From positions 326,022-390,021 of the forward strand of contig NW_021831752.1 in NCBI RefSeq assembly GCF_006345805.1: a DNA stretch of 64,000 nt, read 5' to 3'. Shown here in pieces: positions 24,660 through 35,949 of the stretch (positions are counted from its first letter, which is position 1; each line of letters begins with the position of its first letter). Source of the stretch: Octopus sinensis (taxonomy: Eukaryota). The position numbers were made by a program, and so were the translations under genes. The notes under the pieces are model-generated. The model saw only the letters and a list, made by a program, of their open reading frames with translations, was not told the origin of the DNA and searched no databases.

Positions 24660-25855
24660 TTTATTTATTAAATCACCAAGACCACGCTAAAAACCGAACA
24701 TAGGTCACGTGATCCCGATGCACTCAACCAGGGACCTCATCCTCGCTCGGTGATCTTTCCACGACCCCACACAAGATCGCACAGGGCGGCAGGCCGTTTA
24801 TGGAGTAGCATTCGCTGACGGGCCCAGGTTCAGCTTGATGAAGTCCTTCAGAGAAGTTAGACCGGGGGGTTGTGACCAACGATCGGTCAATCTGAGGGCC
24901 CTTTGTTGGGCCTCCTCGATTCGCCTCCTGTTGGACCACGATAGCCGCGGACCCCATGATCCGCAAACGTAAGCAATACAAGGTTCGAAGTACTGGCGGT
25001 AAATATTCGCCAGTACCGGGTGCGACCCGTTTTTCCATATTCCGGATAGTGCTCGTACTGACTCCTGAAGTAGGGTACGGATATATTATTTAGCTTTAAG
25101 TCGACTGACGTCCTTCCCAATCTTTTGTCCGAGGTGAAGAGGGACGTGGCGGACATTCTGAGGCTGCCCTTAGTTGACATTCCGTGTCAGCTTTCTCCTC
25201 ACTAGGTATCGATATACCATGCCTCTCTTCAGCCTGCATGCTCTCCAATGTCTTCCTCAGAACCACTGTCTGAATATATGATTTTACTCTTTCTTCCAGC
25301 TTGAGGACATCAAGATGACCCTTGAAAAATCTTGAGACAATTCCATCCCAGGTCATTACAACAGGGATTACTTTCACTTTTGCATGATGAATTGCTTCAA
25401 GTTCATTTGCCAATAAATCATATTTGTGGAACTTCTCAACTTCGACCTGCTTGAGGCAATTTTGCGAAGTAATCCCAGCTTCGATAAGAGTAATTGTATT
25501 CCTCATTTTGTCATGAACAAATATATCAGGTTTGTTATTCGCTACAGCTGTATCCGTACTAATCGTAGTATCCACACGAATCTCCACAAATTCATTGCTA
25601 ACAACAGATTGAACTGAGTGTGTCTTTAGTTTCTTAGTTTTCCTTATTCCACATTGACGACAGAGATGTAAGTGAATACATCTGACTACTTCGTTATGCC
25701 GTCTAAGATATGAGCTATTCAGCATTCTCCCGCACCTAGTTGCAAGGTGATCAACTGTTTTTCTTGCCGAGTTACAATGCGTGCACTTATTTTCTTCATT
25801 ATCAAAAAACATGTTGCGGTCCTGAAGTAGACAGTCTCCCTTCAGTCATGGGGGA
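24660..25855 (-). mobile_element. 5'-truncated non-LTR retrotransposon with restriction-like endonuclease (R4/NeSL-type)
   Basis: ORF 25096-25812 has a CCHC finger (CTHC..TVDHL..C), RRHNEVV, NNKPDI, IEAG and KFHKY; ~400-bp GC-rich 3' UTR with a hairpin (GTACTGGCG..CGCCAGTAC) and a (TAAA)n tail. No TSD found. Confidence 0.85.
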
Positions 25856-26734
25856 ATGATTTCCATTAACCAACCATTCAGAAGATTATTTTTAATTATT
25901 ATTTTAATATGATATTGTACAATCTATATCCAGAATAAAAAACCCGACGTTTTTATTTATGACAAATCGACAAATACAATCACAGATGGGTCTGCCCATC
26001 ACTGTAGTAAACGTGGGCTCTAAAAGAGGAGTTTGATGTAACAATGTAAATTAAATTACAAAACAGAAATTCAAAATAACTTTAAAATATGTAAATCTGA
26101 CAACTCAATAATTTTCTAATTAAATGCTGTCCAATGTTTTCTTAGCGGCGGACACAAGAGAAACCTTAGGCACTTAAGTCCTTATTGAAACGCAGAGTGC
26201 TATAAAATAATTTTCTATGAAAGCCTATTTATGACAATTTTTCTTTTATCTCCAGTTTTTTCAAAATTTAAATAAGGTGTATTTTGGATACGATACTGTC
26301 AAAGACCAATGGAAATCTTTGTATCTATTTGAAAGCATCACTCTCAAAAAAATTTTTTACCAACACCCCAATGTGTAGTGATCTAGTTAATGTTTTGGAG
26401 TGATTCCTAAAATATAAGTTTTGAAAGTCCCTGCTCACTATGTGCACGTGGACCAAGAAAGCATGTAGTGGGATTGTTATTAAATCGCAATCATTTTTGA
26501 TTTTAGTTGACATATAAAGTTCTGTACAAGTCAATTTGGTTAAAAAATGTCTTCACTTTTGGAAAGAATTTTTAGTAGAACCTCAGACTACAGCATTGCG
26601 AATAAAGACAGGCAGACAGGTAAATCCTTCGATATATTGTAGTAGTTAGGTTTGATCGGTTGCATAGCAAAAAATGTCAGTATCCATGCGACGTTAAATA
26701 AAATGCTAAAATTTAAATAAATTTGAATTGTGTG

Positions 26735-29233
26735 ATGGCAACTGTGACTGAAAACAAATCCAAATCCGGGACATCTCGTCCGAGTACTTCTGGAAATAAG
26801 GGTAAATCCAAACCAGCCCCTCCAACGGGTCCAGGAAGCAAAATAAAGTAATCATTCTGTGATTGTAGCGTAGAGCACTGCCCCCCGCATTGGCAGTTCA
26901 CATTAAACATGCCACTGAGGGTAAAAGACGTGTTTTCATTAAATACGCCTCTCAAAAAATAAAAGCAATCCCCCCAGAAATACTAAAAAACGAAGAGGCT
27001 GGGAATCTTTTTTAACCCCCAGGTTTGCGACTACGCCACAGAACTGGACATTTCAAACAACAAATTCAAAAAAATACCAAAAGACATAAACTCGTTGTAT
27101 ACAATGCAAAAAATAGACGCCAAATACAATCAGTTGGGGGCGATCCCTGGGACCCTATTTCGTCTCAAGGAGTTGCGACAAGTCGACTTGTCCTCCAATT
27201 TGATTAAAAAAATCCCGCCAACACTCCCCAAAGCCACTGGATTGCTCGATTTTGATTTAAGGGAAAATAAAATCAGAGCTCTTCCTGCAGCCATCAACAA
27301 AGCCAAATCCATCCTTCGCTTTGACGTCTCGAATAACATTATCAAGACATTCCGTAAACAAGCATATGAACTAACGGGGTCACTTGACATTTCACGGAAT
27401 CGTCTCAACGGACTTCCTCCAATCGGAGCAAAGCAAAAGGCGACGTTGAAAAAACTGGATGCTTCATACAACACCATTTCTAAACTTCCTCAGACGATTG
27501 ACCGAGTCTCCTTTCTACGTCGACTGGACCTCTCAAACAACAACATCACCCATGTCCCCGAATCCTTCGGAAATCTGCGTTATTTGAACTATTTAGACAT
27601 GTCAAATAACGACATTGAAGAGATTCCGAATTCAATTTGTCAGCTGAAATATAACCTTGTTGAATTATACTTGTCTAACAACAAAATTTCAAAATTCCCC
27701 AAAGATATCGACGAATACAAAAAATTACGAGTCCTTGATTTGTCAGCAAACCAACTGGTCAAAATACCTCGGAAATTTGCCATGAACCAGTCAATAAAAC
27801 ACGTGAATCTCTCAAAAAACCAACTGGAGGACATTTCCCCAGTCACTGATTCTCTCTTAATCCACTTTCTGGACATTTCAGAGAACTGCATCCCGGAAAT
27901 ACCCGAAACAATCAAAAACCTGGTTTACTTGGAAACACTGCTGGCCTCGCACAACCAAATAAGGTGAGAAAAGTAAGTTGTACTGCAGAGAACTCCCAGA
28001 TGAGCTACAACAACTCAGTCGGCTTAACAAACTGAATATCGCCCACAACCAGATTGAGGCACTACCCGAAAACCTGGGACATCTTCAACTGATAAATTAT
28101 CTGGACATTAGCAATAATCCAATCACCAGACTCTCCGAAAATATTTTTAACGTTGGAGGACTGTTTCTAGTTTAGATCAAGTCCCTCGAATACTTTTATC
28201 TCAACAACCTTGAATTACAAGTCATTCCAAAGTCGATTCAGTCATTTTCCAATTTGAGGGATTTTCATTTGTGCAATAACAAAGTGGAAACGTGCCACAT
28301 TCCACAAAATGTCAAAAGTCTAAAAATATCACACAACCCATTAAAGTGAACTTGGACAGTCAAATTTCCAGGTCTGTCTCCGATGATCCCCGGAACTCAT
28401 TTTTCACTTTATTGAACAAACGTGAGTTGTTTGTGTCCCTAACCGTCCTGGAACTGGTCAGCCTAAACATGGACGAACTCCCAAAGGCCATTCCCAACCT
28501 CCGACTGTTGGAAGAACTGTACTTTGACGACAACAACGTGACACAATTCCCGGAGGTTGACAGTTAAAATAATTCCCAGAACTTTGATAAATTACAAATG
28601 ATGCGGATTCTCTGCGCTTCGAAGAACAAACTCTGTTTTTTGCCATCAAATATGCACAAACTGAGGAATTTGGAGAAACTCGATTTGTCACAAAATTCTT
28701 TAACCAAATTTGACGAGAGTCTGACCACTTTTGAATATTTGGAATATCTCGACCTATCGGAAAATGAAATCCAGAGTTTACCACAGACGTTTGGTTCTCT
28801 CAAATTGTTGACATATTTAAATCTATCAAAAAATAACATCGAATCCTTCCCAAGTGAGGATATCCAAATTCTCGGCTCAGTCAAAAAATTGGACATTTCT
28901 GAAAACAGAATTGGAGAGTTGCCAGCAAATCTTCCTTACCTTTACCGAATGGTCGAGTTGAGGGCTTCTTTCAACTATTTGGAAGGCCTGCCTCCAGCAA
29001 TTAATTTGATGAAGGGACTTGAAATTTTGCTGGTCGACGAGAATTATATTGTCACCCTCTCAGAAAACATCTGCAAGACTCCGAATTTAAAAATCCTCGA
29101 CGTTTCGAACAACAAAATAAAGCAGTGGCCCAAAGCCTTTGAAAATTTGAAAAAGAAATGCAATTGTATCACCGGCCATCAGACTTCCAATAAACGTAAA
29201 AGCACTAGTCCCAAGGAACCTTCGAATAATTAA
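26735..29233 (+). CDS. Large LRR-only protein (roughly 25-30 typical LxxLxLxxNxL repeats), 7 exons
   Basis: Continuous LRR array after removing introns 26848-26873, 26998-27022 (GC-AG) and four more of 24-26 nt; basic low-complexity N- and C-terminal tails. Confidence 0.85.
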
Positions 29234-29276
29234 TTAATCATTAATTGCTAACATTAATAAATATAATTAATAAATT

Positions 29277-31689
29277 ATGGGTTGGGAGTCTAGTGGTGCA
29301 CATGGACTTGACATAAACTCACATTTGTTTAATTCCGAGGAATATTTATCCACCATTTTGGCAGTAAAACTTCCAAATCACCATTTAGACAAGTTCTCTT
29401 TCAGAAATTAGCCAAATTCAATACAAGACAAACAAGCATCTCAGAGAATTGGAGATAAAAATGCAGAATTTGGTCTACGACAACTACAACAAGTTCGTTT
29501 CTGCCACAAACGCAGTCAAAAACGTATTCCTCCACTAAAACCCACCAGATGAAGGCAGGCTTCAACGAAATGATTCCCGAGATATCCCAAATGAGTGTCT
29601 GTCTCGACTCCATCACCCACCAGACTGGCCACATCCACGAATCAATCTCTTCTGGACGGGAAAAACTCCTGGCTTGTTACAACAATCAAACTTCCCTAAG
29701 AAGACTTCAATTGCTTCTCAATTTGCCCACTAAACTGAGACACTGGGCTAGTCAGGGGGACTACCATACTGCTGTGGAGTACGTCCTTTCTTCAATTTGT
29801 AGATTTTATATTCAGACAAGGCGATTCTACCAGGCACATTCAGCCAATGATACTCTCGCAGTGGCCAGCAAACAGACTGATTTGGTTATAACAGAAATTG
29901 CCATTGCTCTCCGTGAATTTGTCACTGGGGGATACAAGGATGACTGCAGTGCACGTGATTTGCATAGTACAGTCCTCTTACTTATCAAACTGGGATATTC
30001 AGCATTAGAATTGGGAAGGGAATTCATATCTGGGTAGTGTTCTCTCTCATTTATAGTACTAAACTAACATTTGATCAACAGTTGACGGAGTTGGCAGACG
30101 TTTTTCGATTTCCTGAGGTAATGTGGTTATTTCTACTGGAAGTGTATTGAGACATTTTTTAGTACTGACTGTGTCACGTTTATTCACAACCTTTCAGTGG
30201 CTTCTTCCACATTTGAGAACGTTTTTGAACAATTTTTTGAGTTTAGTGTATTTCGGAGTATTTAGAAGTGAGAATTTCGGTCAAATGAGGAAGGAAATGT
30301 GTGAAATGAATAATCATGTTGTCGGTGACTTGGTTTCACTTATTGGGCAATCCATTCGACGGTGGGGAGGTTAAATAACGTGGATAGTGAGGACATTGAT
30401 GACAAACAGGCGATGGATTTGTTAGTGCCTGTTTTGCGACGTCTGTTCTCTCTCAATCTTGTCATGTCTGGGCATTTCCAACTGTACAAATGTGATGATT
30501 ATGTTAGTGACACTGATTCGATATTTGTACATATTCTGCGTGCTCGAATATCTCTTCATGTTAAAGAATTGACTGAAAATATAGAAAGTAATCATTCTGC
30601 TTACCCAAGTCGTGTATCCTTCCACATTGGAAGTGTCTCCCAAGACTATAATCCGGTTTGTGCGTGATGTGTCCACCAAAATCTCTTTTCTATTAATTAA
30701 GGCTCGTTCTTCTTTGAACGTATTTGTTTTTTGACATTTAGAGGTGTATTTTAAGTCTGATCTTGTCCCTGTGACATTGACTATTGAAGAAGAGGAGTTG
30801 GACGTTGGATTTGTGCTGTCGTTTATCAGATCAATATCTCAAAGAGAATTTAAGAAGGAAATGAGTGGTGACTTGCAGACTGATCTCACAAATACGTCGG
30901 CCTTGATCGTGCATGCTAAACTCTGCACTGTTTTGGCTGATGAAACAATAAACGAGATTGTACTGTCCCCATTACTACTTAGATTCCCTCCACCAGGCCA
31001 GGCCTTGTCCAATCCACCATATCTCACTTGAGGAAGACTAGTTCTATTACACTCGGCTTGTATGCTCAATTCCTGGGCTGTCGGTTTTCGAAGGTTTGTC
31101 TGATTTGGTCATTTAAGCTACTAATGGGGACTTTAGACTGCCCAAGTGAGGACAAAGTCAGTTCGGAGATGATGGAGATATGTGGGTGTTTTCGAAGTAT
31201 ATCTGAATTATTGGGAGTCTGTTTCCCCCCTTCAGATCGGACAAACAGCGAGTCAAGTCTCGTGTCCGCCAGTCGAAGGTGGCGTCCTGATGTGGTCAGG
31301 AATGACTCGAAAAGTCTGTTAAAAAATATTCAACTCCTTTTTGCTGAACGGGCCGAGTTTTACTGTCCATTGGAAGGTGATGCAACTCTTATTTTGAATG
31401 GAATTACCAAAATATTTCTCAAAGTTGGTTCTTTTTAGTATTTCTAGAACTTTGTGGAAAGTATTCGACTTTGCAGGCTTTCTGGAAAGATTGTGAGACA
31501 AATTCAGTTGGACGTTCATTACTGTAGTCAGTTGTCGATTGTTTTTCCACTGAGTTTGTTTTTGTGTGTATTTTTAGGGTTTTGATGTTATTTGACGAGG
31601 TTATGAACAGTGCATTGTCACAGTGTTGGGGGAGTTGTGAATTAAGAGATTTGCCGGTTGGGGATTTGAGGTTATTCTTAGAGTATTGA
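29277..31689 (+). CDS. VPS51: GARP/EARP subunit VPS51
   Basis: LDINSHLFNSEEYL..MQNLVYDNYNKFVSAT, LNLPTKLR, and C-terminal KNFVESIRLCR..QIQLDVHY match VPS51; about ten 22-26 nt introns. Confidence 0.9.
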
Positions 31690-32544
31690 CACGATTCTTC
31701 ATCATTTGCACTAATATATAATTATTTTTTTAAGCACACATGGCTTGCCAAGTGGGTCTTGTTGTTGGTCTTAGATTGGATATTTTCTATGTTAGTCATA
31801 TAAAACGATGATCGAGGAGGTTGTTTGGTCGCTCGGTTGAGTACGTGATTTATTATTTGAAAGTTTCTGATAAGTGAGAACAGGAAGGCAGTCTTGAATG
31901 AATCCATCGTTTACAAACTTAATATGTCTAGTCAGCTTCTCTAGATTAGGTTCTTTCGTTTTCCTCCACCATCTTTTGTGTTTCATCTCTCACTAATGAG
32001 GATATTTTGGCTGTACTTTTGATGTTAAGTTTATTTTGAAAGGATTAGTGCTATCTGTTCCTACTTAATTTATACTATCTTCCATAGAGTGGGGCTAAAA
32101 AGTCATGGAAGGCTTGCATATTTTGACTAAATTCATTAATTCAACTCGAAAATAAGATTAAATACTGTAGTTAAAAAAGAAATTAGAATATATAAGACGC
32201 TTTAAATTAATTGTTCAAAAGACTTGAGTTATTTATACTGCAATAATTAGCGATTTTTCGTAAAAGTCATTTTATAGAAGGAAAAAAGTCATTGAACAAA
32301 ATCAAATGAATATTGCATTGCTCTTGCTAGTATTGCTGCTTTCAATCTTTTTTGTACGGATAAATAAGCTTCTGACATTCAAATAGAGTAATATTTTTTC
32401 ATTTTCATAGCAAATTTTTTTTCAATTCGTGAATGTTTTTCGATTTCCTTAAACCAAATTTAATATTTAAAATTTTTATAATGTTTTTGATTGGATTGAG
32501 ATCTGGTGATTGACTTGGCCATTCCAAAACATTTATTTTGTTCC

Positions 32545-32995
32545 TTAGTAACTATTCGCCGGAATCCCCTCCCTGCTTGAACCCACTGGGATCGATCGGG
32601 GGGACGGAAAAAGGCCTGACGGATAACTGTGTTTCCTTTCAACAGGGGAAGCCTCTCACCTGGGATGCCACGTGTGTGGACTCTTTCTCGCCTCAGAACC
32701 TGCTGATGTCGGGCTCCGCTCCTGGATCTATTGTCACAACCGCGGAATGCAAAAAGATGCGAAGTACTCCTCACTTACGGAGAAGTTCCAATTCCTTCCA
32801 TTCGCGGTTGAGACTCCGGTTCCTTGGGCAGTAAGGCAATCAGCTTCGTTCAGGAGATCGGGTCCCGCATGTCTGCCATCACAGGCGACGCCCGCGAATC
32901 GAGATGGTTTTTCGAGCGGATATCCCTTGCGATAGTACGCTCTAACTCTTTCTCGATCGCGTCGGCTTCCCGCCCTTGAAGCTTTTAATTAATTA
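32545..32995 (+). mobile_element. CRE-clade retrotransposon 3' fragment
   Basis: AGIPSLLEPTG..DGKRPDG..WDATCVDSF..FLPFAVET..RISLAI; frameshifted. Confidence 0.85.
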
Positions 32996-33222
32996 ACTTG
33001 TAGTTATTGGTTGGTTTGTCAAAAAAAAACTATTCAACAGTTATTTTTTCTTATGTTTTGGGTCGCTGTCATGTGAAATGTCCATTGTTGTGTCAAATTT
33101 AATTTAGCGACCAAGATTTCGCAATATTTAAGCGAATTCATTATTCCATCTATTACAAATACAGTAGATTTTATTTCTAACGAAAATTCGAATTTATTTA
33201 TTTTTACACATAAAATCAGTTA

Positions 33223-33943
33223 TTAAAAGTTTTTTTCCTTTTTTATATTTTGCATTACAGTTCGTAATTTATCCATAATTGGTATATTTGAAGGTGAATT
33301 TTGTAGAATAAACTTTTCCATGGTCTCAATTGCACACATTGCATCACAAAAACCAACTTTCTCTATATCCTCATCATTTTTATTCTCTTGATTCTTATCT
33401 TCAAAGGAATCAATTGTTCGCAAAAATTCTTCATCATTATTGTTGCAAATTTTATAGGTACAATTTTTATTATCATCAGAAACCGGAGAGTCCTTCTTAA
33501 TAGTACACCTTTTTGATATCTTGCTTTTACGTTGCTTTACCAATATAAAATAAAAATACTTTCTTAACTGTAATAATTTTCCATGTAAATATTTAGCTGC
33601 TGTCGAATAATGGATAGAAATTCCAGTTTCATTAAATAGTCTCGCACAAATTTCACTTAGAGTGATGACAGGATTTTCCTCAACATAGTTTATCATTCTC
33701 GATATTTCAGTGTCTGTGATTTTTGACCATCTGAATCCTCCACGTTTTATTAGGTTGTGAAGCATTTCGTATCCATTTATAAGCTGTATTTCGCTTAACT
33801 CCATTCGAATCCGCCACAATATGCCAATCTGCATCCTCATTTTGATAAGCAGATATAATTCTCATTTTGGCTTCCAAATTTGTTTTATTATATGTTTTAC
33901 TAACACGAGAAGAAGTATTCATAGTTTTATCAAAAGTATTCAT
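33223..33943 (-). mobile_element. Chimeric DNA-transposon remnant: IS630/Tc1-like HTH region fused to a pogo/Tigger-like C-terminal tail
   Basis: RIISAYQNE..NGVKRNTAYKWI..YVEENPVITLSEI..GISIHYST, then acidic tail DIEKVGFCDAMCAIETMEKFI..MDKLR. Confidence 0.55.
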
Positions 33944-34010
33944 TCCGAACGGACAAAATCCATTTATATTTTTTTAGATACGTAATTTTGACATTAACAT
34001 ATTTGAAATT

Positions 34011-34419
34011 CACAACAATGACTTTTGACATCTCAGTTCGGATATAAAAAACCACAGTAATGACCTTTGACATCTCAGTTCGGATATTAGAAACACAGTA
34101 ATGACCTTTGACATCTCAGTTCGGATATTAAAAACCACAGTAATGACCTTGAATCTCAGTTCGGATATTAGAAACCACAGTAATGACTTTTGACATCTCA
34201 GTTCGGATATTAAAAACCACAGTAATGACTTTTGACATCTCAGTTCGGATATTAGAAACCACAGTAATGACCTTTGACATCTCAGTTCGGATATTAAAAA
34301 CACAGTAATGACCTTTGACATCTCAGTTCGGATATTAGAAACCACAGTAATGACCTTTGACATCTCAGTTCGGATATTAAAAACCACAGTAATGACCTTT
34401 GACATCTCAGTTCGGATAT
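34011..34419. repeat. 42-bp minisatellite, ~9.5 copies (left arm)
   Basis: Unit TTTGACATCTCAGTTCGGATATTA(G/A)AAACCACAGTAATGACC; no spacers. Confidence 0.97.
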
Positions 34420-34975
34420 CGTAAAGAAAGAAAAAAGTAAGCAATTGGGTGGCTAAGGGAATTGTCGAGGGCCTGAGGGTCAGCTCAACGATGCCGCGCT
34501 GCGTATTGAGTGGCAGTTTCCGCGGAGCACAGCAACCGAGATTCGCTGGAACAGCCAGCTCGTCTCCCTCCGGTCGTTTGTTTTTGTGGAGATTTTTCTA
34601 CCAATGGCGGTGAGGAGTTGAGTCGCAGCCTTTCCGACGATTCCAGAGTTTCGAAGGCGAGGGGGGCAAACTCAAAAGCGTCCGAAATACACCGGTATTT
34701 CGTCATCTTTGTCTCTTCAGCCAGCGCACTGGCGGAACCCGGGTTTGCGACAGTCCTGGGAAGCATTGTCGCCGAAAAAGAGTCGACACACGTGGCATCC
34801 CAAACCAGGGACTTGCCTTCCCTAAAAGGAAAGGTCGTCATCCCGTCGGGACGCTTGCCGTCGCTCCGGGAAAGGCCGACTGGCTCTAGGGTGGAAGGGA
34901 AACCAGCCGACTCTAGAGCCCTCCTCACAACGTCATTCAGATGAGTGTGACGGGGAATTCTCCCGGCACTCTTCC
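34420..34975 (-). mobile_element. 5'-truncated CRE-clade retrotransposon inserted in the minisatellite
   Basis: SAGRIPRHTHLNDVVRRAL..LEPVGLSRSDGKRPDGMT..WDATCVDSF; flanked by CAGTTCGGATAT at 34408-34419 and 34976-34987. Confidence 0.9.
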
Positions 34976-35280
34976 CAGTTCGGATATTAGAAACCACAAT
35001 AATGACGTTTGACATCTCAGTTCTGATATTAGAAACCACAGTAATGACCTTGACATCTCAGTTCGGATATTAGAAACAACAATAATGATACAAAATCCGA
35101 AAAATACCAGGGCTTGTTAGACGGCTGACGTTTGACATCTCAGTTCGGATATTAGAAACAACAATAATGATGTTTGACATCTCAGTTCGAATATTGGAAA
35201 CCACAATAATGACGTTTGACGTCTCAGTCCGGATATTAGAAACCACAACAATGACTTTTGACGTCTCAGTCCGGATATTT
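34976..35280. repeat. 42-bp minisatellite (right arm, more diverged, ~6 copies with a short interruption)
   Basis: Same unit with substitutions (AATAATGACG, GACGTCTCAGTCC); unrelated ~37-bp insert near 35089-35126. Confidence 0.93.
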
Positions 35281-35949
35281 GACAGCAAAAAGGTGTAAAG
35301 TCATCCGGAGTGTCCTGCTTTGCCACTTGCTAAATGCTTTTTCAAAGCATTTCGTTACTGTTGTTCTTTTTAATTTCATCCCAGCTTCAATTATCAATTG
35401 TATTGCATCAACTTGAAATTCCTGAGTTTTTTTTATCTTTTAGATCATAGGATGACATTTAAATAAAAAGTCAGCATGGCTTTAATATAAAAATACAGGA
35501 TTGACCAATTTCTCATTACCTGATATAATACGGTATTTTATTCCAAATTAATTCTTAAAAGAATTGCCATTTTTACAATTTTTATGCCATTTGTTGTAGC
35601 ATTCCATTTGTAATAGTATTCCGAATGACCTTTTATGCTGAATACATTCATAAGAGGCATATAAATTAAAAAAACTTTACGGAAATTTTGTTAGATTCTT
35701 ATTTTCGGAATAGGATTCATTGATTATGATTTTGTTTATTGTTTCTATTGGCATGTTTTATACTTTACTCCATTGAAATTTTGTAATGCTTAAAATTTTT
35801 TTATAGTTAAAAACTTCGAGCTTTCTTTAAAAACATTATGTTTTTCGATTGTTTTTGCGTTATTCTTACGTGAACAAATGAGTCAAAGGTCGAAAACTCG
35901 TTTTCGTTAAAAATTGATTTTCTTCCGATTTGATTAAAATAATTTTCGT

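Noticed and set aside
26325-26955. Minus-strand ORFs 26325-26534 and 26713-26955
   Set aside because: The first has only vague hAT-like resemblance; the second is antisense to LRR exon 1.
28280-28370. Frameshift in the LRR gene suggested by ORF 28292-28567
   Set aside because: A 26-nt GT-AG intron (GTGAAC..TTCCAG) joins the frames.
29361-29388. GC-AG intron in VPS51 exon 1 (TTG|GCAGTAAA..)
   Set aside because: A canonical 25-nt GT-AG intron starting 3 nt later gives an equally good in-frame product.
31722-31986. Short minus-strand ORFs after VPS51
   Set aside because: No recognisable motif or splice structure; possibly a decayed retroelement, not supportable.
34011-35280. CRISPR array
   Set aside because: Units are head-to-tail 42-mers with no unique spacers, no cas genes are present, and the context is eukaryotic.
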